Assembly: GCA_007375675.1 (NCBI GenBank)
Contig: VMEU01000004.1
Location: forward strand, 1 to 62,606
Direction: 5' to 3'
Length of the DNA stretch: 62,606 nucleotides
Origin: Parcubacteria group bacterium Greene0416_39
Lineage (GTDB): Bacteria; Patescibacteriota; Minisyncoccia; Minisyncoccales; UBA10102
A program made the position numbers and the translations under genes. Positions 45,801 to 54,348 of the stretch are shown here, one piece after another (the first letter of the stretch is position 1; each line of letters begins with the position of its first letter). Below the pieces are notes generated by a model. It was not told the DNA's origin. It did no database searches and saw only the letters and a program-made list of their open reading frames with translations.

Positions 45801-46169
45801 ATGGCACGATCACTCAAAAAAGGACCATGTATTGACGAGAAACTGCTCAAAAAGATGCAGAAGACAAAACCAGGTTCAGGCCAAGCCGTGAAGACCTGGT
45901 CCAGGGACGCGACCATCACGCCCGAGATGATTGGTTTTATATTTGGCGTGCACAACGGGAAAGATTTTATTTCTGTAAGCGTGACAGAAGATATGGTAGG
46001 ACACAGGCTCGGAGAGTTTTCTCCTACGACTAAGTTTGTCAGGCACGGAGGAAGAATGCAAAAAGAATTGGAAGCAAAGGCGGCAGAGGTTCAAGCTCCT
46101 GCAGCTACATCTTCTGGAGTATCATCTCCTGCTCCAAAGTCTAAGAATCCCGCACCCAAGAAGAACTAA
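45801..46169 (+). CDS. rpsS: 30S ribosomal protein S19 (C-terminally extended)
   Basis: MARSLKKGPCIDEKLLKK..., GVHNGKDFISV and GHRLGEFSPT. Ala/Pro/Ser-rich tail. Confidence 0.93.
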   Translation: MARSLKKGPCIDEKLLKKMQKTKPGSGQAVKTWSRDATITPEMIGFIFGVHNGKDFISVSVTEDMVGHRLGEFSPTTKFVRHGGRMQKELEAKAAEVQAPAATSSGVSSPAPKSKNPAPKKN

Positions 46170-46178
46170 TGAAATCGT

Positions 46179-46673
46179 ATGCAGTCTAAAGCTTATCTAA
46201 GGTATTTGAGAATAGCTCCGAGAAAGGTGAGGCTTGTCGCAGATCTTATCCGGGGCAAATCAGTTGAGGAAGCTCAGATCGTTTTGCGTTTTGCAAACAA
46301 GGGTGGAACGACCCCGCTCTTGAAACTTTTAAATTCCGCGGTTGCTTCAGGCGTTCATAATTTTCAGCTTGACCCTGCGAATTTGTATATTGCCAGGATT
46401 CTTGTTGACGAAGGGCCTAAGCTAAAACGGGTGTTTCCGAGGGCAAGAGGAAAAGCAGACCAGATACAAAAGAAAACTTCGCACATCACTCTCGTGCTTG
46501 ACGAAAAAGTAAAGAAAGCTCCTGCGCAAGGGGGGAAAGAGGTGTCAACAACAAAAACGAAGGAAGTTTCTTTTCCTAAAACCGAGAGGCAAAAATTCCG
46601 ACCGCAGCAGGAGATAGAAAAGAAACCACAAGTTGGGAAGAGACTTAGAATGTTTAGAAGAAAAGTGATATAA
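46179..46673 (+). CDS. rplV: 50S ribosomal protein L22 (C-terminally extended)
   Basis: LRIAPRKVRLVADLIRGKSVEEA and RARGKADQIQKKTSHITLVL. Confidence 0.93.
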   Translation: MQSKAYLRYLRIAPRKVRLVADLIRGKSVEEAQIVLRFANKGGTTPLLKLLNSAVASGVHNFQLDPANLYIARILVDEGPKLKRVFPRARGKADQIQKKTSHITLVLDEKVKKAPAQGGKEVSTTKTKEVSFPKTERQKFRPQQEIEKKPQVGKRLRMFRRKVI

Positions 46674-46764
46674 ATTATAATGCAAATTTGCGAATGATAT
46701 GCGAATGCCGCAAATAGTTATTCGCATCATTCGCATAAAATTTGTAGATTAGCATTAGTATTGT
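46674..46764. repeat. Palindromic intergenic element, copy 4 (rplV|rpsC), variant core
   Basis: ...AATGCAAATTTGCGAATGATATGCGAATGCCGCAAATAGTTATTCGCATCATTCGCATAAAATTTGTAGATTAGCATTAG... Confidence 0.85.
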
Positions 46765-47400
46765 ATGGCACACAAGGTTCATCCAAAATCGTTTCGTATC
46801 AAAGAGACCAAAGACTGGAGCTCAAGGTGGTTTGTAAAGAAAAACGTTCCCCAATTGCTCAAAGAGGATTTTCTTATTCGTTCGTATGTAGACAAAAAGC
46901 TCAAAGAAGCCTCCATACAGAATATTGAGGTGGAGAGATTTCCCGGCAAGGTGAATGTAATTATTTTTTCTGCAAGGCCCGGGTTAATAATTGGAAGAGG
47001 AGGCGCGGGCATTGAGCTCTTGAGAAAGGAGATTCAAAAGATTGCGCATTTGGCAAAAGACGTGCGCATTGAAATACAGGAGATAAAGAACCCCTGGGAA
47101 TTTGCTTCTCTAATTGCGCAGTTTGTCGCTTTTCAGCTTGAAAAACGCATGCCCCACCGCAGAACTTTAAAGCAAACGTTGAGCAAGGTTATGGCGGTTA
47201 AGGGGATTGAGGGAGCTCGCATTGAGGTTGGTGGGCGTCTCGGAGGAGCTGAAATAGCAAGGCGAGAATGGCAGCAAAAAGGCAGGCTTCCCAGAGGAAC
47301 CTTGAGAGCCGACATTGACTATTCTTTGAAAGAAGCATATACCAGGTACGGAACCATTGGAGTGAAAGTTTGGTTGTACAAAGGGATGAAATTCGAGTAA
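46765..47400 (+). CDS. rpsC: 30S ribosomal protein S3
   Basis: MAHKVHPKSFRI, GLIIGRGGAGIE (KH domain) and GRLGGAEIAR. Confidence 0.95.
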   Translation: MAHKVHPKSFRIKETKDWSSRWFVKKNVPQLLKEDFLIRSYVDKKLKEASIQNIEVERFPGKVNVIIFSARPGLIIGRGGAGIELLRKEIQKIAHLAKDVRIEIQEIKNPWEFASLIAQFVAFQLEKRMPHRRTLKQTLSKVMAVKGIEGARIEVGGRLGGAEIARREWQQKGRLPRGTLRADIDYSLKEAYTRYGTIGVKVWLYKGMKFE

Positions 47401-47481
47401 TAATTCAAATCTACGAATGACTGCGAATGCCGCAAATAGTATTTGTACATTCGCATAGCATTTGTAGATTAGCATTATATT
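47401..47481. repeat. Palindromic intergenic element, copy 5 (rpsC|rplP), core inverted
   Basis: TAATTCAAATCTACGAATGACTGCGAATGCCGCAAATAGTATTTGTACATTCGCATAGCATTTGTAGATTAGCATTAT. The segment between GCGAATG and CATTCGC is the reverse complement of that in copies 1, 2, 3 and 6. Confidence 0.9.
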
Positions 47482-47886
47482 ATGTTAACACCAAGAAAGA
47501 TAAAATTTAGAAAGTGGCACAAAGGCCGCTCCAAAGGCAATGAAACGAGAGGAAAAGAATTGAATTTTGGAAGCTATGGCTTAAAATCCCTTGGGACTAA
47601 ATGGATTACTGCGCGCCAGCTGGAAGCGGCTCGCCGCGCCATTATGCGCTACCTTAAAAAGGGAGGAAAGGTGTGGACGAGAATTTTTCCCGATAAGCCC
47701 ATTACAACCAAAGGCGCAGAAACTCCAATGGGCGGAGGAAAGGGGGGAGTGGATCACTACGCTTTTCCCATTAAGCCAGGAAGAATTATATTTGAAGTGG
47801 AGGGAATTTCAGAAGGCCTTGCAAAGGAAGCGTTGCGGGAAGCTGCCTCCAAGATTCCTTTGAAGACAAAATTTGTTAAGAAGTAA
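47482..47886 (+). CDS. rplP: 50S ribosomal protein L16
   Basis: [16 protein letters not shown] and RMGGGKG-like PMGGGKGG. Confidence 0.95.
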   Translation: MLTPRKIKFRKWHKGRSKGNETRGKELNFGSYGLKSLGTKWITARQLEAARRAIMRYLKKGGKVWTRIFPDKPITTKGAETPMGGGKGGVDHYAFPIKPGRIIFEVEGISEGLAKEALREAASKIPLKTKFVKK

Positions 47887-47970
47887 AATGCAAATCCGCA
47901 AATGACTGCGAATGTACAAATACGAGTATTCGCGGCATTCGCATATTATTTGTAAATTCGCATTATATTT
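47887..47970. repeat. Palindromic intergenic element, copy 6 (rplP|rpsQ, where rpmC is expected)
   Basis: AAATGCAAATCCGCAAATGACTGCGAATGTACAAATACGAGTATTCGCGGCATTCGCATATTATTTGTAAATTCGCATTAT... Confidence 0.9.
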
Positions 47971-48204
47971 ATGGCAAAGAAACATCTCATTGGAATAGTG
48001 GTTGGAGACAAGATGGCAAAAACCGTTGTGGTTAAGGTTGAACATTTAAAAGAGCACCCAAAGTATCGCAGGCGATTTCGCGTTCACGAAAGATACAAAG
48101 CGCACGACGAGAAAGGGGAGTATCACGTGGGAGACAAGGTCGTTATTGAGGAAACCCGGCCCATTTCAAAAGATAAACACTGGAGAGTAACCCAAAAGGT
48201 ATGA
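47971..48204 (+). CDS. rpsQ: 30S ribosomal protein S17
   Basis: [17 protein letters not shown]...HPKYRR...[23 protein letters not shown]. Confidence 0.95.
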   Translation: MAKKHLIGIVVGDKMAKTVVVKVEHLKEHPKYRRRFRVHERYKAHDEKGEYHVGDKVVIEETRPISKDKHWRVTQKV

Positions 48205-48569
48205 TACAGCCGCGATCCATGCTTAAAGTTGCAGATAATACCGGAGCAAAAATGATCCAGTGTTTTCACGTGTCAGGAGGAACGAGAAGGCGCTACGCGC
48301 AGTTGGGAGACATGATCGTTGCAACCGTGAAAGACGCAGAGCCAAGGAAACTCGTCAAAAAGCACGACGTGGTGCATGCAGTTGTGGTGCGCCAGAAAAA
48401 AGAATTCAGGAGGCAAGACGGCTCCTTTATCCGCTTTGACGAGAACGCCGCAGTCATTCTTGAGACAGGAAAGGAGCCAAAAGGAACAAGAGTGTTCGGC
48501 CCCATTCCAAGAGAAGTAAGAGAAAAGGGTTTTACAACCATAGCAAACCTCGCCCCCGAACTCGTATGA
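48201..48569 (+). CDS. rplN: 50S ribosomal protein L14
   Basis: [17 protein letters not shown]... and NAAVIL. Confidence 0.96.
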   Translation: MIQPRSMLKVADNTGAKMIQCFHVSGGTRRRYAQLGDMIVATVKDAEPRKLVKKHDVVHAVVVRQKKEFRRQDGSFIRFDENAAVILETGKEPKGTRVFGPIPREVREKGFTTIANLAPELV

Positions 48570-48871
48570 AGATAAAAAAAGGAGACAATGTGCTTGTGAT
48601 AAAAGGAAGGGACAGAGGGAAGAAAGGAAAGATACTGAAGGTATTTCCTGAAGAGGAAAAGGTTCAGATTGAAGGAGTGAATATACGCAAGAAACACGCA
48701 AAACCCAAAAGAGGAGGGCAGAAAGGCCAAACAGTGGAGCTGTTTGTTCCGCTTTCTGTTTCAAGCTGCCAGCTCCTGTGCCCCAAATGCGGAAAACCCG
48801 CGCGGATTGGGATGAGCGTCAAGGGAGTAAAAAAGTTTAGAATATGTAAGCGCTGTAAGAGCGAAATCTAA
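48566..48871 (+). CDS. rplX: 50S ribosomal protein L24 with C-terminal CxxC..CxxC zinc ribbon
   Basis: [26 protein letters not shown] (KOW domain). The tail is [11 protein letters not shown]...CKRCKSEI. Confidence 0.9.
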   Translation: MKIKKGDNVLVIKGRDRGKKGKILKVFPEEEKVQIEGVNIRKKHAKPKRGGQKGQTVELFVPLSVSSCQLLCPKCGKPARIGMSVKGVKKFRICKRCKSEI

Positions 48872-48873
48872 CC

Positions 48874-49437
48874 ATGGCGAAAATTGACGTAAAAGAAAAA
48901 TATATCAAAACAGCTGTGCCTCAAATGATGCAATTGTTTGGTTACAAAAACAAAATGGCAGTTCCTGGCATTCTCAAAGTGGTGCTCAACTCAGGATTTG
49001 GAAAACTTATTGCAGAAAAAGGCGGAGACGAACAGAAAAAAATCATAGAAGAAGCAAAAGAAGCTTTAACCCTCATTTCAGGCCAGAAAGCGGCATTAAC
49101 CATTGCAAAGAAATCCATTGCAGGATTTAAGGTACGAGAAGGTTCTCCGCAGGGCGTGAAGGTTACCTTGAGAGGCCAACGAATGTACGATTTTTTAGAA
49201 CGTCTGCTTTCCATTGTTTTTCCAAGAATGCGAGACTTTAAGGGGTTAGATCCCTCTCTCGTTGACGAAAAAGGAAGCTTGAGCATGGGAATGAAAGAAC
49301 ATACGTTTTTTCCTGAGGTTCCTGTTGAAAAAGTAAAGACTTCTCTTGGTTTGGAATTTACTGTGGTGACAAACGCTAAAACCAAGAAAGAAGGGTTGGA
49401 GTTATTGAAATTACTTGGATTTCCGTTTAAAGTATAA
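48874..49437 (+). CDS. rplE: 50S ribosomal protein L5
   Basis: [12 protein letters not shown] and [10 protein letters not shown]. Confidence 0.95.
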   Translation: MAKIDVKEKYIKTAVPQMMQLFGYKNKMAVPGILKVVLNSGFGKLIAEKGGDEQKKIIEEAKEALTLISGQKAALTIAKKSIAGFKVREGSPQGVKVTLRGQRMYDFLERLLSIVFPRMRDFKGLDPSLVDEKGSLSMGMKEHTFFPEVPVEKVKTSLGLEFTVVTNAKTKKEGLELLKLLGFPFKV

Positions 49438-49439
49438 CC

Positions 49440-49625
49440 ATGGCAACAACCGCGCAAATTGAAAAAGCGTCAAAGAAGCCAAAGTATAAGTCTCAACTGA
49501 CAAGAAGGTGTTTTCGATGCGGCAGGAAACACGGATTTATGAGAGACTTTGGACTGTGCCGAATATGCTTTAGAGAAATGGCAAACCAAGGATTGATACC
49601 CGGCGTAAAAAAAAGCAGCTGGTAG
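49440..49625 (+). CDS. rpsN: 30S ribosomal protein S14 type Z (zinc-binding)
   Basis: 61 aa with [23 protein letters not shown]. Confidence 0.95.
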   Translation: MATTAQIEKASKKPKYKSQLTRRCFRCGRKHGFMRDFGLCRICFREMANQGLIPGVKKSSW

Positions 49626-49628
49626 ACT

Positions 49629-50018
49629 ATGACAGATCCTATTGCAGACATGTTAACACGAATTATGAACGCGCAGAGGGTTCAAAAACCCTTTGTTGAG
49701 ATTCCATTTTCCAACCTCAAATTTGAGATTGCAAAGGTTCTTTTGAAGGAAGGTTTTTTGAAAGAGGCAGAACAAAAAGGAAGAAAAGAAAGAAAGGTGC
49801 TGGAACTCGCTCTCCAGTACGACGAGAAGACTCCTGTGATTTCTGGAATAAAGAAAATTTCAAAACCAGGCCAGAGAATCTATGCATCAAGGAGTGAGCT
49901 TTTGAAGACAAAACGGGCAGGAGGCACGCTTCTCGTGTCTACTTCAAAAGGAATTATGACAGACAAGGAAGCGAGAAAAAGTCGCATGGGGGGCGAAGTC
50001 ATCTGTGAAGTGTGGTAA
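49629..50018 (+). CDS. rpsH: 30S ribosomal protein S8
   Basis: MTDPIADMLTRIMNAQ and STSKGIMTDKEARK. Confidence 0.95.
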   Translation: MTDPIADMLTRIMNAQRVQKPFVEIPFSNLKFEIAKVLLKEGFLKEAEQKGRKERKVLELALQYDEKTPVISGIKKISKPGQRIYASRSELLKTKRAGGTLLVSTSKGIMTDKEARKSRMGGEVICEVW

Positions 50019-50022
50019 CCTT

Positions 50023-50583
50023 ATGAGCAGAATAGGGAGAAAACCAATTGAAATACCAGAGGGCGTAAAGGTTCTCATTCAAGGACAGAGAATTGTTGTG
50101 GAAGGCGTGAAAGGGAAGCTTGAAAAAGAGGTTCACCCTGACCTCGTATTAAGCCAGGAAGGGAACAAACTGTTTTTGCTTCCAAGAGAGACCGGAGAGC
50201 TTTTAAAAACAACTAGGTCTGTGTGGGGAACTTTCCGCCAGATCATTTTTAATATGATAGAGGGGGTGACCAAAGGATTTGAAAAAAAGCTGATAATTGA
50301 AGGAGTTGGATATCGCGCGGCAGTTTCTGGAGACAAGTTCACCGCGGAAGTAGGGCACACGAATCCTTCTGAACTGAAAATTCCCGAAGGCGTGCAGGTT
50401 ACAGTGGAGAAGAGTATAATTTCCGTTAAGGGTCAAGACAAAGAGATCGTGGGGCAGTTTGCCGCATCGGTTCGTGCATTTCGCGAAGTAGAACCTTACA
50501 AGGGCAAAGGGATTAAGTACGACAAAGAAGTGGTAAAAAGAAAATTAGGCAAGAGAGCTGCGACAACAACTGCAGGAGCATGA
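50023..50583 (+). CDS. rplF: 50S ribosomal protein L6
   Basis: Start at [22 protein letters not shown] and [10 protein letters not shown]. Confidence 0.95.
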   Translation: MSRIGRKPIEIPEGVKVLIQGQRIVVEGVKGKLEKEVHPDLVLSQEGNKLFLLPRETGELLKTTRSVWGTFRQIIFNMIEGVTKGFEKKLIIEGVGYRAAVSGDKFTAEVGHTNPSELKIPEGVQVTVEKSIISVKGQDKEIVGQFAASVRAFREVEPYKGKGIKYDKEVVKRKLGKRAATTTAGA

Positions 50584-50930
50584 CACTAACCATGACTATA
50601 AAGAAACTCCAACGAGAAAGAAGAAAAAAGAGAACAAGAGCAAAGGCGAAAGGGACTGTTCACATCCCTCGTCTTGCGGTATTCCGCTCCAATAAACATA
50701 CGTACCTTCAGTTGATTGACGATACGCAAGGGAAAATACTCGCTTCAGTTTCCGATTTTAAGATGAAATCACGCGGGAAAGAAGCTGCAAAGCAGATTGG
50801 AGCATTGCTTGGCAAGAAAGCTCTTACTCTTGGCATTGCGAGAGCGGCATTTGACAGGTCTGGGTACAAGTATCACGGGAATGTCAAAGCCGCAAGAGAA
50901 GGAGCAAGAGAAGCGGGCTTACAAGTGTAA
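50580..50930 (+). CDS. rplR: 50S ribosomal protein L18
   Basis: [19 protein letters not shown] and [24 protein letters not shown]. Confidence 0.94.
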   Translation: MTLTMTIKKLQRERRKKRTRAKAKGTVHIPRLAVFRSNKHTYLQLIDDTQGKILASVSDFKMKSRGKEAAKQIGALLGKKALTLGIARAAFDRSGYKYHGNVKAAREGAREAGLQV

Positions 50931-50939
50931 CTATTGACC

Positions 50940-51470
50940 ATGCCCATACCAACAACACGAGAACGACGATTTATAAGAAGAGACAAAAGAGACGAGGTTC
51001 CCTCGAGAGTTCTTGAGATTACTCGGGTGACCAGGGTTGCCGCGGGAGGCAAGCACATGACGTTTCGCGTAACGGTGGCGGTTGGAGACCAAAAGGGGAA
51101 GGTGGGCGTTGGCATTGGAAAAGGATTAGATGTGGCTCAAGCAATAGAAAAGGCAACAAGAGCCGCAAAGAAAAACATGATTGTTGTTCCCATTGTAGAC
51201 GGTACCATTCCTCACCAGGTAAAAGTAAAATTTGGGCCTTCTGAGTTGCTCTTAAAACCTCAGAGGCAGGGGAGAGGGCTGGTTGCAGGAGGCGTGGTGC
51301 GTGTCATCTGTGAGTTAGCAGGCATTAAAGACATTTCTGCGAAATTCCTTTCGTCTACGAACAACAAAATGAACAATGCTAAGGTGACCATGGAAGCGTT
51401 ACAAATGCTAAGAATAAAAAACAAAGTTACTCAACAATATGCAACTCCACCAGCTGAAACCCAAGCATAA
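50940..51470 (+). CDS. rpsE: 30S ribosomal protein S5
   Basis: ITRVTRVAAGGKHMTFRVTVAVGDQKGKVGVGIGKG. ATG 50940 is preferred over TTG 50934. Confidence 0.94.
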   Translation: MPIPTTRERRFIRRDKRDEVPSRVLEITRVTRVAAGGKHMTFRVTVAVGDQKGKVGVGIGKGLDVAQAIEKATRAAKKNMIVVPIVDGTIPHQVKVKFGPSELLLKPQRQGRGLVAGGVVRVICELAGIKDISAKFLSSTNNKMNNAKVTMEALQMLRIKNKVTQQYATPPAETQA

Positions 51471-51606
51471 AAGAATACGATATAAACGCATTGGACGAGG
51501 CGGCAAAAAGGGCGGCTCGTCGGGTTGGGGCATTAAAAAGCGCGGAACTTCCCAGCCAAGAATTCGAGAGATTATTAAAAGATACCCAAAACTTCGAGGC
51601 ATATGA
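51439..51606 (+). CDS. rplO: 50S ribosomal protein L15, N-terminal extension only (55 aa)
   Basis: MQLHQLKPKHKRIRYKRIGRGGKKGGSSGWGIKKRGTSQPRIREIIKRYPKLRGI* matches the L15 N-terminus (M.L..LKP...KR.GRG). It stops at the secY start, and no globular domain is encoded. Too short for the ORF track. Confidence 0.6.
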   Translation: MQLHQLKPKHKRIRYKRIGRGGKKGGSSGWGIKKRGTSQPRIREIIKRYPKLRGI

Positions 51607-52886
51607 TGAGTTGGCTTCAAACATTTGTTCGCATATTCAAGATTCACGACCTAAGAACAAAGATTCTCTTTATCTTCGGCGTTTTTCTCATTTTCAGAGT
51701 AATGGCCAATATTCCAATTCCTGGGGTTCAGGCCGAGCGTTTGAAAGAATTTTTTGCGTCAAACCAGGTTTTTGGGCTTTTGAACGCGTTCACCGGAGGA
51801 GCATTAGACAATCTTTCTATTGTGATGCTCGGGTTGGGCCCCTACATTACAGCCACCATTGTGCTCCAGCTTCTCACTATGGTGTTTCCTCGCCTGAACC
51901 AAATGTACAAAGAAGAAGGAGAAGCGGGCCGAGCGAAGTTTAATCAGTATGGAAGAATGCTTACGATTCCTTTTGCTTTGATTCAAGGATACGGGCTTTT
52001 AACTTTACTTTCTCGTCAAGGGATCATTTCTGAACTGTCCCTTTTTGGCACCTTTGTTTCTTTGGTGGTGATGACAGCAGGCACACTCTTTTTAATGTGG
52101 TTAGGAGAGCTCATTTCTGAGAAAGGCCTTGGCAACGGAGTTTCCCTGCTCATTTTCGCCGGAATCATCGCAGAATTCCCAAACAGCATGCGCCAAATAT
52201 TCCTAACATTTGACGCTACCAAAACTCTTCCGTACCTTGCGTTCTTTGTCTCGGCGATTGCGATTATTGCAGGCGTTGTTCTCGTGACAGAGGCGCGGCG
52301 CAACATTCCGGTTTCCTACACCAAGAGAGTGAGAGGAAACAAACTCTATGGAGGCATTGCAACCTATTTGCCATTGTCTGTGAACCCCGCGGGAGTGATT
52401 CCCATCATATTTGCTTTGTCTATTCTCACGTTTCCTGGAATGATAGCTTCGTTTTTCCAAAATTCTCAAGGATTCCTCGGCTTTATTGCCTCGGGGGTTC
52501 AGAACTTTGTGCAGAATCAGTGGGCGTACGGCATTGCATACTTTGTGCTCGTCATCATCTTTACCTACTTTTATACCGCCGTTACCTTTGATCCAAAAGC
52601 AATTTCCTCCAATCTTCAAAAGTCAGGAGGATTTGTGCCAGGGGTGAGGCCTGGCCCTTCCACAGCTGGGTTTCTTTCAAGCATTTTAACCAGAGTTTTA
52701 ATTATTGGAGCGTTGTTCTTGGGTACAATCGCAGTTTTGCCTTCCGTGGTGGGGGGATTTACTGGCGTGCAGAGTTTTCAGTTTCTCGTGGGAGGAACTT
52801 CTTTGCTCATTGTTGTGAGCGTGGTGCTGGAAACCATTCGCCAGTTAAGATCCCAGCTTCAAATGCGAGACTATGAAAGCTTTTAA
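51603..52886 (+). CDS. secY: Preprotein translocase subunit SecY
   Basis: Ten-TM layout. DLRTKILFIFGVFLIFRVMANIPIPGV. Confidence 0.96.
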   Translation: MMSWLQTFVRIFKIHDLRTKILFIFGVFLIFRVMANIPIPGVQAERLKEFFASNQVFGLLNAFTGGALDNLSIVMLGLGPYITATIVLQLLTMVFPRLNQMYKEEGEAGRAKFNQYGRMLTIPFALIQGYGLLTLLSRQGIISELSLFGTFVSLVVMTAGTLFLMWLGELISEKGLGNGVSLLIFAGIIAEFPNSMRQIFLTFDATKTLPYLAFFVSAIAIIAGVVLVTEARRNIPVSYTKRVRGNKLYGGIATYLPLSVNPAGVIPIIFALSILTFPGMIASFFQNSQGFLGFIASGVQNFVQNQWAYGIAYFVLVIIFTYFYTAVTFDPKAISSNLQKSGGFVPGVRPGPSTAGFLSSILTRVLIIGALFLGTIAVLPSVVGGFTGVQSFQFLVGGTSLLIVVSVVLETIRQLRSQLQMRDYESF

Positions 52887-53583
52887 TACTCAAGTTGTGA
52901 TCTTGATGGGTCCTCCTGGGGCAGGGAAAGGAACTCAAGCAGAATTGTTGTCAGAAAAACTGAATCTTTCTTATATCGAAACCGCAAAATTGCTTGAGGC
53001 GAAATTTTGGAATGCAAAAGTCAACGAATCTATGGAAGGGGTAGATGGTAACGCATACGATCTTCTGCATGAGAAGAATCTGTGGGCGACAGGGATCCTT
53101 TGCAGTCCGCCTTTCGTGACTGCAGTATTGAATGAAAAGTTCAGAGAATTGCACAAAGAAGGAAAGGGTCTTTTGCTGGCTGGTTCTCCAAGAACTCTGT
53201 ACGAGGGGGAGAAAGAACTGCCCGTACTTGAAGAACTTTACGGGAAAGAGAATATCCATATCATTCTTCTTGAACTTTCAGAAGAGCAGACGCTCTATCG
53301 TAATTCTCATCGCAGAATCTGCGAATTGATGCGCCATCCCGTGTTGTATACAAAAGAAACTGAGAATCTTACGATTTGTCCGCTTGACGGCTCAAAACTT
53401 CTCAGACGGGAAGGATTAGATGATTCTGAAACAATCAAGGTGCGGATCAAAGAATACCAAGAGCGAACGCTCCCTGTAGTTTCGTATTTTGAGCAGTCGG
53501 GCTTTGAGGTGCAGAAAGTGAATGCAGATCAATCGGTTGCCGATGTGTTTAGCGACATCTTCAAAGCGCTCAACCTTGCATGA
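52873..53583 (+). CDS. adk: Adenylate kinase (with insertions)
   Basis: ILMGPPGAGKGTQAELL and a LID region with partial Cys ligands. Canonical position after secY. Confidence 0.85.
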   Translation: MKAFNTQVVILMGPPGAGKGTQAELLSEKLNLSYIETAKLLEAKFWNAKVNESMEGVDGNAYDLLHEKNLWATGILCSPPFVTAVLNEKFRELHKEGKGLLLAGSPRTLYEGEKELPVLEELYGKENIHIILLELSEEQTLYRNSHRRICELMRHPVLYTKETENLTICPLDGSKLLRREGLDDSETIKVRIKEYQERTLPVVSYFEQSGFEVQKVNADQSVADVFSDIFKALNLA

Positions 53584-54329
53584 TTTCCATCAAGACCCCA
53601 AAAGAGATTGAGACAATGAGGCAAGGGGGGAGAGTGCTGGCTGGGATTTTAGACAAGCTTCTCAAGCAGGTGAAACCTGGCGTTGTGACCAAAGACTTAG
53701 ACAGGGCTGCAGAGGCCCTGATTTTGAATTCTGGAGCTAAGATTGCGTTCAAAGGGTACGAAGGATTTCCTGCGACACTATGCGTGTCAGTAAACGAAGA
53801 GGTTGTCCACGCGGCTCCTTCAGAAAGGATACTCAAAGAAGGAGACATCGTAACACTTGACATCGGCCTCATATGGCTGGGTCTTTATTTGGATATGGCT
53901 CGCACCGTAGCAGTTGGAAAAGTTTCTCCTGAAACAGCGCGTCTCATTCGCGTAACCAAAAAGGCGTTGCATTATGGCCTAAAGAAAACAAAACCTGGGA
54001 ATACGGTTGGAGATATTGGAAATACAATTCAACGGTACGTGGAGAGCCAAGGGTACCAGGTGGTGCGCGAATTATGCGGCCACGGCATTGGCAAAGAGCT
54101 TCACGAGGATCCCCACGTTTTAAATTATGGAAAACGGGGGGATGGCTCCGAACTTGTTGAGGGAATGGTGATTTGCATTGAACCCATGATCACAGTAGGG
54201 GACTGGAAGTTAAAGAGATCAAAAGACGGCCATGGTTTTGAAACCAAAGATGGTTCCTTGTCGTGCCACTTTGAAGACACCATTGCAATTACCTCGAGGG
54301 GTTCTGAAGTGCTGACGAAAATTGAATGA
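53580..54329 (+). CDS. map: Type I methionine aminopeptidase
   Basis: HGIGKELHEDP, and the D/D/H/E/E metal-ligand context. Confidence 0.95.
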   Translation: MISIKTPKEIETMRQGGRVLAGILDKLLKQVKPGVVTKDLDRAAEALILNSGAKIAFKGYEGFPATLCVSVNEEVVHAAPSERILKEGDIVTLDIGLIWLGLYLDMARTVAVGKVSPETARLIRVTKKALHYGLKKTKPGNTVGDIGNTIQRYVESQGYQVVRELCGHGIGKELHEDPHVLNYGKRGDGSELVEGMVICIEPMITVGDWKLKRSKDGHGFETKDGSLSCHFEDTIAITSRGSEVLTKIE

Positions 54330-54331
54330 AG

Positions 54332-54340
54332 TGATATGAT
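54332..54340 (+). promoter_or_regulatory. Extended -10 box TGaTATGAT, 8 nt upstream of galT ATG
   Basis: TATGAT at 54335-54340 and ATG at 54349. Confidence 0.4.
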
Positions 54341-54348
54341 AGACCAAT

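Noticed and set aside
51491-51943. 150-aa ORF in the position where rplO is expected.
   Set aside because: It is out of frame within the canonical secY N-terminus and shows no L15-like sequence. The true L15 remnant is the 55-codon ORF at 51439-51606.
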